Source of the DNA: an uncultured Gemmatimonadales bacterium
GTDB lineage: Bacteria > Gemmatimonadota > Gemmatimonadetes > Gemmatimonadales > GWC2-71-9
DNA length: 64,000 nucleotides
Direction: 5' to 3'
Assembly (NCBI GenBank): GCA_963798915.1
Contig: CAWCVB010000014.1
Coordinates: 128,001 to 192,000 of the forward strand
Numbering within the stretch: the first letter of the stretch is position 1; the number at the start of each line of letters is the position of its first letter. The position numbers and the translations under genes were made by a program. Below, piece after piece: positions 20,801-29,404 of this stretch. Under the pieces are notes generated by a model. That model did no database searches. It was not told where the DNA came from and saw nothing but the letters and a program-made list of their open reading frames with translations.

Positions 20801-21090
20801 CGGTGCTGCTGCACCTGAGCCGACTCCGGCTCCTGGGCGCGGCGCTGGGGTTGCAGCACGTCACCCTCCGCGGGGACGAAGCGCGCCTCACCTTTCGTGA
20901 CGGTGCCGTGCCCCGGCTGGCCGCGCTCTCAGCGGCGCTCGATGACGTCCAGCTTGCGGCAGATGTGCGCCGCACCGTCCCGCTGTCTCTCCGCATCCAA
21001 CGTCTGGGCGGCGAGGCGCTCACGCCTGCACTGGTCCGCGCCCTCAGGGTTGTGGCGGGCCGCGCGGAGGCCCCCGGCGCACCAGAATGA
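17806..21090 (+). CDS. mfd: Transcription-repair coupling factor
   Basis: VVHLEHGIG (RID), GDVGYGKTEVA, DEEHRFG, TATPIPRT, QLRGRVGR, DLEIRGAGNLLG. Confidence 0.99.
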   Translation: MTLDRILEAIARSPGALEARERLPQRGGRLALGGAPGSSGAALLAWFAREDLARTYCVVAPTPADAERWFADLSLLLDEAVGLYPQRESLGEDEAHLEIAGERAETLEALLGGRLRLLVTTVRATLERSQVPNAIARLRLDLARGDTLAPGTLANRLSEMGYERVATVTEVGQFSMRGGILDVYGFGMSTAARLEWWGDEISSLRGFDLTSQRSGEEQDRIVILPLRAAPAGEPRSDGSSGARRGLLELLPPDTLMLLEAETPAADEAKRAWDEAAHHLDVARRLGDDVPSREAIFEPPERWHEMISQFGRVILRADVPDVQLGAMPPERIERDLAQLAALLRSEPPTLILCDNEGQRDRLEELLDERGVHASLAVGALDGGFVLPRLRILTDHEIFRRARRVRRTRRYRAAAPSLATGLLAEGDYVVHLEHGIGVYRGIQTISVGESTLEVAILEYEGGSRLNVPLYRLDQLERYRAAGEDGDRPPPKVHRLGGSSWARVRDRAQQAIRKMAAELLELYARRKVAAGFPFPPDTRWQRELEASFLYEDTPDQRKATEDIKRDMERPLPMDRLLVGDVGYGKTEVAVRAAFKAVQGGRQAAVLVPTTILAEQHGRTFAERLADYPVTVEVLSRFRTTKEQKDVLARLEKGTVDIVIGTHRLLSRDVQFRELGLLIVDEEHRFGVRHKERLKAFRLAVDVLTLTATPIPRTLHLSLAGLRDLSLIETAPRDRSPVLTFVEPWDDALLEEALAREVDRGGQVFFVHNRIETIETIAQRVRHLAPRARVGLAHGQLPADQLEEVMRRFVAGEVDVLVTTMIVESGLDVPNANTMIVHDAHRFGLAQLYQLRGRVGRSHRRAYCYLLVPDTIDRDAEERLKVLEHHSDLGAGYRIALKDLEIRGAGNLLGSEQSGHAHAVGFDLYMRWLEETVRALRGRGEEAPAPPDVVLEAAAHLPDDYVADDDVKLDIYRRLARAESSGEIDGLGTELRERFGPLPEPAAVLLHLSRLRLLGAALGLQHVTLRGDEARLTFRDGAVPRLAALSAALDDVQLAADVRRTVPLSLRIQRLGGEALTPALVRALRVVAGRAEAPGAPE

Positions 21091-21122
21091 CCGGCGGCCG
21101 ACTTTCACTTCATGGAGATGGC

Positions 21123-22565
21123 ATGCGTCGTTTGATGCTGGTGATGGCTGTATTCGCGCTCACGGGTTGCTCGGATCTCCGCAGCCTGTTCAAGGCTCAC
21201 GCCGATGAAGCGGCGACCGCCGGCTCGCTGACCCTGACACCAGAGCGTCTGGCCGAGATACTCACCGGGCCCAAGGGCGTCCGGCTCAACAGCGACGCGG
21301 CAGAATTTGTCACCGGTCTCTGGCTCGATTACGCCCTCTTCGCGGACGCCGTGGCCAACCGGAAGTTGCCGGCCGACTCCCAGGCCGTGGCTGATGCGCT
21401 CTGGCCGGCGCTCTCAAGCATCAAGGCCACGCGCTGGTTCGATAGCGTGGTGGCGCAGAACCTGAGTCTGAGCGATGCAGGGCTCGACAGCGTGTTCACG
21501 TCCGGGCCGCTGCGCGTCTTCCAGCACATCCTGATCACCGTCTCCCAGACGGCGACGCCCGAAGAACGGGCGGCTGCGTTGAAGAAAGCGGACGCCGCGC
21601 TGGCCCAGCTGAAAAAAGGCGCCAACTTCGGTGCGCTGGCCACCCGGATGTCGCAGGATCCGGGCAGCGCGCGGGACAGCGGGTACCTCCCGCCCGCTGC
21701 CAAGGGCCAGTACATGGTTTCGTTTGACAGCGCCGGCTGGATGCTGGCGCCCGGCCAGATCAGCGGCGTGGTGCAGACGCCATACGGCTACCACATCATC
21801 CGGCGTCCCACGCTGGCGGATGCACGCACTCGATTTGAGGACGCGGCCCTGCAGGTGGTGCGCGCCCGGGTGGACTCGATCTACTTCGACAGCCTGGCAT
21901 CGCAGAAGAACCTGACAGTGGTTCGGGCAGCACCGTCCCTGATTCGTGAGGCGCTGGGGGACATGGAGGCGTCTCGCGGCTCAGACGAGCGCCTCGCGTC
22001 GTGGAACGGTGGCACTCTTACGGTTGGCGGCCTGCTGCGCTGGATCAACCAGCTGCCGCCAGCCTACCAAGCCCAGGTCGGAGACATGCCCGATTCCGCC
22101 CTGGGGCACTACGCCAAGGTGGTGGCCCAGAATCAGATGGCCCTGCAAGAGGCGGACAGTGCGCATGTCGGGCCGTCTGCCGAGGAGTGGGCCGGGCTCC
22201 AGCAGCAGTATCGCGCCCAGGTCGATTCGCTCAAGAGCGATATGCAGCTGGGCGCCGACGTGAGCGATTCGAGCGTGTCGGCCAGCCAGCGCGACCAGAT
22301 CGCGGCGCTCCGACTCAAGGCCTATTTCGATCGGATTATCGCGGGCAAGCAGCGCGCCCGCCGGCTGCCTGCGTCGCTGGGGGATGTCCTGCGCGAGCGA
22401 CTTGACCATCACGTCTACCAGGGTGGCATCGAGCGCGGGCTGGAACTGGCCCAGCGGAAGAAGGCACAGGAGAGTGCTGACTCGGCGCAGCCTGCCAGTG
22501 GGACGCGCCCGCCGGCCATGCGTCCCGCACCGGGACCAGCCCCCGCGCAGGCCGACAGCCGATAG
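21123..22565 (+). CDS. Parvulin-type peptidyl-prolyl isomerase lipoprotein
   Basis: Lipobox ALTGC; QHILI...FGALATRMSQDPGS...G.L...TPYGYHII rotamase domain. Confidence 0.85.
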   Translation: MRRLMLVMAVFALTGCSDLRSLFKAHADEAATAGSLTLTPERLAEILTGPKGVRLNSDAAEFVTGLWLDYALFADAVANRKLPADSQAVADALWPALSSIKATRWFDSVVAQNLSLSDAGLDSVFTSGPLRVFQHILITVSQTATPEERAAALKKADAALAQLKKGANFGALATRMSQDPGSARDSGYLPPAAKGQYMVSFDSAGWMLAPGQISGVVQTPYGYHIIRRPTLADARTRFEDAALQVVRARVDSIYFDSLASQKNLTVVRAAPSLIREALGDMEASRGSDERLASWNGGTLTVGGLLRWINQLPPAYQAQVGDMPDSALGHYAKVVAQNQMALQEADSAHVGPSAEEWAGLQQQYRAQVDSLKSDMQLGADVSDSSVSASQRDQIAALRLKAYFDRIIAGKQRARRLPASLGDVLRERLDHHVYQGGIERGLELAQRKKAQESADSAQPASGTRPPAMRPAPGPAPAQADSR

Positions 22566-22634
22566 CGCGTCAGGCGCCAGTCTCCATTCCGGTGGCCCAC
22601 GTCGCCGCCGGTGAAGCGGTAGCGGTACTGTCTC

Positions 22635-24005
22635 ATGGGAGAATCAGAACGGATGCAGATCAGATGGACCAGACTTGCCGGGGCGGCAGCGCTGCTCGCT
22701 GCTGCCTTGCCGTGCCCGCTGCATGCGCAGGATCCTGCCGATTTTGCCCTGCGGGGCGACACCACGTTTACCGTGGACCGTATCGTGGCGGTCGTGGGGA
22801 ATGAGCCGATCCTCGAGTCGCAGGTCGAGGAGCAGCTGTTCACGGTATTGTCAACCAATCAGTCGATGGACCTTCCGACGTCCGCCGACACCGCCCGGCT
22901 TCGCGACGATATCCGCAATCAGCTGATCAACGAGGAATTGCTGGTTCAGGCGGCCAGGCGCGATACCGCCGTGAAGGTCAGTGAGCAGGATGTGACCGCC
23001 TCGGTGGACCAGAGCTACAAGCGGGTGCGTGACCAGTTCACTTCGGAAGTCGATTTTCAGCGTGAGCTGCACCAGTCGGGATTCGCCTCGGTTGAGGATT
23101 ACCGCCGCTTTCTGGCCGACCGCCAGCGGCGCGACCTGCTGCGCCAGGCGCTGATTGCGCGGCTCAAGGAGACCAAGAAGCTCAAGCCGGTGAACCCGAC
23201 CGAAGCCGAGTTGCACGCCGCTTTCGAGCAGGGCAAGGACCAGCTGGGGCAGCGGCCCGCAACCATCGGTTTTCGGCAGATCGTAATTGCCCCGCAGGCG
23301 TCAGACTCTGCCCGGGCCCGCGCGTTCCGGTTGGCCGACTCCATTGCCAATGGTCTTCGGGCGGGCGGTGATTTTGCCGTCGCGGCGCGGCGTTTCTCGC
23401 AGGATCCGGGCTCCAAGGAGCAGGGTGGGGACCTGGGCTGGACCAGGCGGGGCACGCTGGACCCGAAGTTCGAGGCCGCCGCCCTCAGCCTCAAGCCGGG
23501 AATGATCTCGAACCCGGTGGAAACCGGCTTCGGGTTTCACGTGATTCAGCTTGTCCAGACCGAGCCGACCTCGATCCATGCCCGGCACATCCTGATCGTC
23601 CCGGAGGCGACACCGGCCAACGTGGACACTGCCCGGGCGCTCGCTGGCCGGGTGGCGAGCGCACTGCGGGCCGGCGCCTCATTCGACTCGCTTCAGGCGC
23701 GACTGCACGATGATTCAGAGGAGAAGCAGGCAGAAGACGTGCCGGAGGACCAGCTTCCCAAGGCATACGTGGAGGCGGTGGCCGACGCCGACAGTGGCGC
23801 CATCGTGGGGCCATTCGACCTGACCGGTCCCGACGGAAAGCTCAAGTTTGCCGTCCTGCAGCTGACGCGGCGCCGGCCGGCCGGGGAGATCACGTTCAGC
23901 GATGTCCGCGATCGACTCCGCACCAACCTGGCCGAGAACCTCGGCACCAAGCGGTACCTGGACCACCTCCGCGCCTCGACCTACGTAGACATTCGCGAGC
24001 CGTGA
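22635..24005 (+). CDS. surA: SurA-like periplasmic chaperone/PPIase
   Basis: VDRIVAVVGNEPILES N-domain; FSQDPGSKEQGGDLGW; ARHILI; located before pdxA. Confidence 0.85.
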   Translation: MGESERMQIRWTRLAGAAALLAAALPCPLHAQDPADFALRGDTTFTVDRIVAVVGNEPILESQVEEQLFTVLSTNQSMDLPTSADTARLRDDIRNQLINEELLVQAARRDTAVKVSEQDVTASVDQSYKRVRDQFTSEVDFQRELHQSGFASVEDYRRFLADRQRRDLLRQALIARLKETKKLKPVNPTEAELHAAFEQGKDQLGQRPATIGFRQIVIAPQASDSARARAFRLADSIANGLRAGGDFAVAARRFSQDPGSKEQGGDLGWTRRGTLDPKFEAAALSLKPGMISNPVETGFGFHVIQLVQTEPTSIHARHILIVPEATPANVDTARALAGRVASALRAGASFDSLQARLHDDSEEKQAEDVPEDQLPKAYVEAVADADSGAIVGPFDLTGPDGKLKFAVLQLTRRRPAGEITFSDVRDRLRTNLAENLGTKRYLDHLRASTYVDIREP

Positions 24006-24952
24006 GGCCGCGTGTGGCGGTGACGCTGGGTGATCCCCGGGGCATCGGCCCCGAGATCACCCGCGATGCGTTGGCAGAGGCGCTCGACGCCGACATCATC
24101 CTGGTCGGCGCAGAGGACCAGATCGCCGACCTTCCTGCAGTCCGCCGCGTGAGCGTCGGCACGTGGGGCCTCGGCAGCGGCGACCGGGCCGATCATGCGC
24201 GCACCCTGCGCGCCGGACGCCTGACCGGTCATGCGATCGAGGCAGCTGCCCGTCTCGCGCTTGCCGGGGACGTGGATGCCATCGTGACCGCACCCGCCAA
24301 CAAGAGCGCGCTGCATCTCGCGGGGTTTCCATGGCCAGGGCACACAGAATGGCTGGCGCATCTGGCCGGGGATGTGCCCGTCGCGATGATGTTGGCGTCG
24401 TCCCGGCTCAGGGTGGTGCTGCTCACGACCCACGTGCCGCTGCGGGACGTGCCGGCGCTGCTCACCGCTGACCGGATCGTGGCCACAGGACGCGTGGTGC
24501 AGAAGTCACTGCGCGAGTGGTTCGGGATCGACTCACCTCGCTTGGCGCTCTGCGCCCTCAATCCGCATGCTGGCGAGGGCGGCGCGTTCGGCGATGAGGA
24601 CGAGCGCCTGCTGGCGCCCGCTGCTCGCCAGCTTGGCGCGGCGGGCCCACTGCCGGCGGACACGGTCTTTGTCCGTGCCATGCGGGGGGAATTCGACGTC
24701 GTGCTGGCGCCCTATCATGATGTCGGAATGACCGCGATCAAGGTGGCGAGTTTCGGCGAGGCAGTGAACATCACGCTGGGCTTGCCGTTCCCGCGCACGT
24801 CGCCCGATCATGGCACCGCGTTTGACATTGCGGGGACCGGCAAGGCGGATCCATCCAGCATGCGGCGGGCGCTGGAACTGGCGGTGAAACTTGGTCAACG
24901 GTCAACAGTCAAGGTCAACGGTCAACGGTCAACGGTCGACCGTAGACTGTAG
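24002..24952 (+). CDS. pdxA: 4-hydroxythreonine-4-phosphate dehydrogenase
   Basis: GDPRGIGPE, GHTE, TTHVPL, LNPHAGE, YHD, RTSPDHGTAFDIAG. Confidence 0.97.
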   Translation: MRPRVAVTLGDPRGIGPEITRDALAEALDADIILVGAEDQIADLPAVRRVSVGTWGLGSGDRADHARTLRAGRLTGHAIEAAARLALAGDVDAIVTAPANKSALHLAGFPWPGHTEWLAHLAGDVPVAMMLASSRLRVVLLTTHVPLRDVPALLTADRIVATGRVVQKSLREWFGIDSPRLALCALNPHAGEGGAFGDEDERLLAPAARQLGAAGPLPADTVFVRAMRGEFDVVLAPYHDVGMTAIKVASFGEAVNITLGLPFPRTSPDHGTAFDIAGTGKADPSSMRRALELAVKLGQRSTVKVNGQRSTVDRRL

Positions 24953-24961
24953 ACCGTCGAC
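24893..24961. repeat. Heptamer tandem array (GGTCAAC)n followed by inverted degenerate copies
   Basis: GGTCAAC x2, AGTCAA, GGTCAAC x3, palindrome GGTCGACC, then GTAGACT GTAGACC GTCGAC; at the convergent pdxA/hemolysin junction. Confidence 0.9.
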
Positions 24962-24962
24962 A

Positions 24963-26264
24963 TCACTTCACCAGTCTCACGCTCCGTACCCGCCTGCCAT
25001 CCATCTCGGCCACTTCCAGCACCCGATCGCCCGCGGCCACCCTGTCACCGGGTCGGGGGAGGCGACCAAGCGCGCCAAACACCCAGCCACCGATCGTGGT
25101 GTAGTCGGCGTCGTCCAGCGTCGTCCCCTGTTCACCGTTGAATTCGCTCACCGGCATGGAGCCGTCGATCAGGGCGAGGCCCTGGTCCTGGCGCTGCACC
25201 TCGGGGAGGTCATGCTCATCGAAGATGTCGCCCACAATCTCCTCGAGCAGGTCTTCCATCGTCACCAGTCCGGCGGTGCCGCCATACTCGTCGAGCACAA
25301 CCGCCATGTGGCTCTTGAGCCGCTTCATGTCGGTGAGGACGTCCTCCACTTCGCGGGTCCCCGGCACGAAGAGTGGCTCCCGCATCACGGAACGCAGGCT
25401 TGCGTGCCCATCCTGCCGCAACGCAGCGAGCAGGTCCTTGGAGTGAACGATGCCGACGATCTCGTCCAGTGACGCAGCATAGACCGGGTATCGCGAGCGG
25501 CCATGCCGTGCGACCTCGTCGGCCGCCTGCTCGATGGTCAGGTCCTGTGCCATCGCGGCAATGCGGGTGCGCGGCGTCATGACCTCCTGGGCGCTTTTCT
25601 CACTGAACTCGAAGACTCCCTCGAGCAGGCGGGCATCCTGCTGGAGCAGGCTGCCGCCTTCTTCACTCTGTTCCACCAGCAGCCGCAGCTCCTCTGGTGA
25701 GTGCAGCCGCTGGTGCTCGCCGGGCGCCGCAATGCCGAACGCTCGCAGCAGCATGTTGGCGGTGCCATTCAGGATCGCAATGGGTAGCGCCATGACCCAG
25801 CTGAACCCCATCAGTGGCATCGCGACCCAGCGACTGATGGCCTCGGGGTAGATGAGCGCCACGGTCTTGGGCACCAGCTCGCCCAGGATGATGTGCAACA
25901 TCGTGATGACGATGAAGGCGACGATCGAGGCGACGCCGTGGGACGCCACGGCGGCGAGCGTGGCCGGCAGCCAGCCCAGGACTCGCATGATGAGTGAAGC
26001 CAGCGCCGGCTCGCCGATCCAGCCCAGGCCGAGGGAGGCCAGGGTGATGCCCAACTGAGTGGACGAGATGTAGCGATCCAGCGATTGAACAGCCTGCCGC
26101 GCAAGCCTAGCTTTGCGGTCACCGGTATTGGCCAGCTCGTCCAGCCGAGTCCGCCGGGCCGCGACCAGCGCGAATTCCGCGGCGACGAAAAATGCGTTGG
26201 CGAGGACCAGGACGACGACGAGGGCCAATCCCAGGCCAAAGCCGGAGCCTGCTTCGGTTTCCAT
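24963..26264 (-). CDS. HlyC/CorC (CNNM-CBS-CorC) family membrane protein
   Basis: NAFFVAAEFALV, TQLGIT, GELVPK, VMTPR, SRYPV, DEYGGTAGLVTMEDLLEEIVGDI. Confidence 0.95.
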   Translation of the reverse strand: METEAGSGFGLGLALVVVLVLANAFFVAAEFALVAARRTRLDELANTGDRKARLARQAVQSLDRYISSTQLGITLASLGLGWIGEPALASLIMRVLGWLPATLAAVASHGVASIVAFIVITMLHIILGELVPKTVALIYPEAISRWVAMPLMGFSWVMALPIAILNGTANMLLRAFGIAAPGEHQRLHSPEELRLLVEQSEEGGSLLQQDARLLEGVFEFSEKSAQEVMTPRTRIAAMAQDLTIEQAADEVARHGRSRYPVYAASLDEIVGIVHSKDLLAALRQDGHASLRSVMREPLFVPGTREVEDVLTDMKRLKSHMAVVLDEYGGTAGLVTMEDLLEEIVGDIFDEHDLPEVQRQDQGLALIDGSMPVSEFNGEQGTTLDDADYTTIGGWVFGALGRLPRPGDRVAAGDRVLEVAEMDGRRVRSVRLVK

Positions 26265-26314
26265 GGCTTCCAAGTGTAATGAGCGACCGAGTTTCTCGCG
26301 AGAAAGGTCAGGCG

Positions 26315-27208
26315 GTGGCGGCACATTCCCATAGCAACCATGCCGGGTCGGCGGCACCGTTGAGCCGGCTCCGATGGGTCCTGCTGTTCACGGCGGTTTT
26401 CATGGTGGTGGAGGCCATCGGGGGCTGGCTCGCTGGCTCGCTCGCGTTGCTGGCTGACGCCGGGCACATGCTCACCGATGTCGCGGCCCTCGGGCTTTCA
26501 CTGCTCTCGGCGGTGGTAGGTGCCCGGCCTGCGGATGACCGTAAGACGTACGGATATCGGCGCTGGGAGGTCCTGGCTGCGGCCGTCAATGCGGTGGCGC
26601 TCTTTGTCATCGCGGGCTGGGTGGTCTACGAGGCAATCCACCGGCTGGGGGCGCCTTCGGCCGTCAACGGTGGCCTCCTTCTCGGTGTGGCCCTCGCCGG
26701 GCTGCTGGCGAACGCCGTCTCCCTGCGCATCCTCCACGGATCGCACACCGAAAATCTCAATGCTCGCGGCGCCTATCTCCACATCCTGGGGGACCTGCTC
26801 GGCAGCGGGGCCGCGGTGCTGGCGGGCGTGATCATCGTGCTGACTGGCTGGACGCCGATCGATCCGATTCTCTCGGTGGCCGTGGCGATCCTGCTCCTGA
26901 TCAGCGCCTGGCGCCTGCTGAACGAGAGTCTGGACGTCCTGCTCGAGGCCGTGCCGCCCGGGATTTCGATGGCAGAAGTGGAACGGCGCATGCAGACTGT
27001 TGATGGCGTCGCCGAGGTGCATGACCTGCACGTCTGGACGGTCCGCAGCGGATTGCTGGCCATGAGTGGCCATGTGGTGGTCCCGCACCTCGACGCTCAC
27101 CCCGACGTGCTCGGCCAGATCCGGGATCACATGGCCGACCTGGGCATCGGGCACGTCACGGTCCAGCTTGAGGTGGAATCTCCCTGCGAGGACAGCGACT
27201 GCGTCTGA
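26315..27208 (+). CDS. Cation diffusion facilitator (CzcD/ZitB-like) transporter
   Basis: His-rich N-terminus; SLALLADAGHMLTD, TYGYRRWE, AYLHILGD, VHDLHVW, HVTVQLE. Confidence 0.95.
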   Translation: MAAHSHSNHAGSAAPLSRLRWVLLFTAVFMVVEAIGGWLAGSLALLADAGHMLTDVAALGLSLLSAVVGARPADDRKTYGYRRWEVLAAAVNAVALFVIAGWVVYEAIHRLGAPSAVNGGLLLGVALAGLLANAVSLRILHGSHTENLNARGAYLHILGDLLGSGAAVLAGVIIVLTGWTPIDPILSVAVAILLLISAWRLLNESLDVLLEAVPPGISMAEVERRMQTVDGVAEVHDLHVWTVRSGLLAMSGHVVVPHLDAHPDVLGQIRDHMADLGIGHVTVQLEVESPCEDSDCV

Positions 27209-27226
27209 GGTCTCTGCGCCTTCGCC

Positions 27227-28850
27227 TCACTGCTTTGGCAACAGAGCGTCCACCTCGGCTGGTTCATTCCCAATGCCAATGCCGCAACCTACGCCGGCTG
27301 TGACTTGCAGGTGGAGGATTCGGTCACTCACGTTGACGGTGTCGCGCCGAACGTCGGTTCGGCCTTCGGGAGGAGCCGCGGCCGGCCGTACCGATCGTTC
27401 GGCAATTCTGGTACGAACCTCCCGCAAGAGTCCCAGCACATCCTGGAGGCGGGTGCCCGGTCGGTCGTTGAAGGTGGTGAGCGGACGCTCGCGCAGCGGC
27501 AGGCTCAGGCGGGCGGCGGCGGCGTAGACAACTTCAAGCAGGGCCGGCGTTGCGCCCGGCGCGCTCGCGCCAAGCTTTTCGCCGGATTCGATCAGTGCAC
27601 AGGCGAGGGTGAGGCGATCCGCATCATGAGGGCACGGCGGTCCCGAGGTCGAATCTGACTCGGGGTTCCAGGCGCCTGGCTTTGAAAGCAGCTCGATCGC
27701 GCGGTCAATGATCCGGAGATCCAGCTCCGAGTAGACGAAGTCGGGCCGTTGGCAGGCGCCGCAGTCGACGCGTGGGACCGAATCGCCAGCCACGATGGCC
27801 GCAACCCAGTCGCGAAAGCGGTGGCCGTCCGTCTCGTAGGTGTAGAACATCGGCTCGCCCATGACCGTGTGGATCTCGCCGCCGATCAGGAAGGAGCGGA
27901 ATGCCGGAACTCTTGCTGAAATCTCGGCGTGGTCCTGCCGAATCAGCGCTGTGACATCGGGGTGCTTCGTGCCCGCGAGCTCCAGGAAGAAGCGCTGTGC
28001 ATCGTCGTAGGCGGCGTCAACCTGATACAGCTCCAGTCCAGGTGCAGTTCGGGCGGCGTTGACATAGAGTCCCGGAACGCCACCCTTCTCATAGTGCTCC
28101 CATCCGCGATAGCGCCTCAGGACGTCGGGAATGCCCCAGCGCCCCTGGTCCGCGCCATCCATCGCGTTCTTCGTATAGGCACTCGCGGCGTCACCCACTG
28201 CGGCGACGCGGGCTCCCGGATAGTGCCGCGCCATCAGGCTCGAATAAAACGGCGTCGCCACGGCGCCGGCGCTGGAGCCGGAGACAAGCACCACGCTCGG
28301 CGCCGGGAAGTTGGCGTACACCCAGGCCAGCGCAGCGAACGCGTTTCTCTGGCCGCGATGGTGAATGCGGATGGTGTGCGAACCAGTCGTGTCCGGCACC
28401 GTGTACGTCGTGTCGGCGTCGCCGAGATGCACGTCGCCAGTGCAGTAGCTGGCGAACACGGTCGAGAATAGCCCGCGAGCGGGTTTTCCGGATTGCCGAA
28501 ATCGAAGATGCCTTCGGATGGCGCAGCCGCCGGGCCATCGCTCTCGTAGGTGGGCCTGGACGTTCGGGATCGCAGTTCTCGCCCGTCCAGCAGGCGCCGC
28601 CGCCGCTGAAGAAGATCAGCAGGCGATCCGCGGCGCCTGGATACACAAAGAAGCGGTAATCATGCCCAGTGGCGCAGGTCGTCTTACCGCCCGGCTCGAG
28701 CGTGTTCCATCCATCGCGCAGATCGGCGAAATCCGGCAGCGCGGTGGCGGCGGCGCTCGACGCAGCAGTGGGTTGCTGCCCGCGGGCAGGTCCCGCAAGT
28801 ACTGCGCAGGTGAAGACCGCATGAAGAGCGCCGCACCGGAGTGTGCTCAT
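27227..28850 (-). pseudogene. Secreted pectin-acetylesterase/Notum-like hydrolase with C-terminal DUF6197-like domain; two frameshifts near 28467 and 28557 as sequenced
   Basis: FSGGGACW in frame 1, GIFDFGNPENPL in frame 2, YCTGDVHLG and nucleophile GSSAG in frame 3. C-terminal DLRIIDRAIELL...C...TLACAL...FNDRPGT module. Confidence 0.75.
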
Positions 28851-29290
28851 TGCTTCTGCAGGATTCCGTTCACCGTGGCCGCTTCCTCTCCACTGCCAAA
28901 ATCGAACTCGATGCCGCTCGTAATGTGCAGGGTGAGCGTGCTGCCGTTCAGGCTGAATGTACCGCTCAGCGTGGTCGGTGAGCTGCCCGATTCAGTGAGC
29001 GTGATGGTCGACCCGGACACGGCATAGGTACCTGTCGAGACGTCATCCGGACTACCGGGCACTGTCGTCGTTGTCGTGTAGCCACCGCCCGACGTGAACA
29101 CCACGGTGAGGGTGGCACCTCCCGCGATGGGGTCGACGCTCGTGCCGGGGTCGGCCGTGGAGGTGAACACAAAGGACGTGGCCGACCAGGTGCCGACCAG
29201 GTCACTGGCCGAGGGCCCGTTGTCGCTGCCGCAGGCGGCCAGCGTCAGTAATGACACCATGGCAAGGCCGGACGCCATCAATGCTTTCAT
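28847..29290 (-). CDS. Lipocalin-like beta-barrel lipoprotein
   Basis: Lipobox LAAC; LVGTW; GTYAVSGSTITL; Thr/Ser-rich strands; GGAG RBS. Confidence 0.75.
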   Translation of the reverse strand: MKALMASGLAMVSLLTLAACGSDNGPSASDLVGTWSATSFVFTSTADPGTSVDPIAGGATLTVVFTSGGGYTTTTTVPGSPDDVSTGTYAVSGSTITLTESGSSPTTLSGTFSLNGSTLTLHITSGIEFDFGSGEEAATVNGILQKQ

Positions 29291-29404
29291 CGAAGATCTC
29301 CTCAGGGTATCGGATTGCAGCAATCAGTCGGCTCGCGACGGCGGGCATCAAGATGCTTTACGGCCGGAGCACTTCGCGATCAGGTTCGCTGGTGACGAGC
29401 CGGC

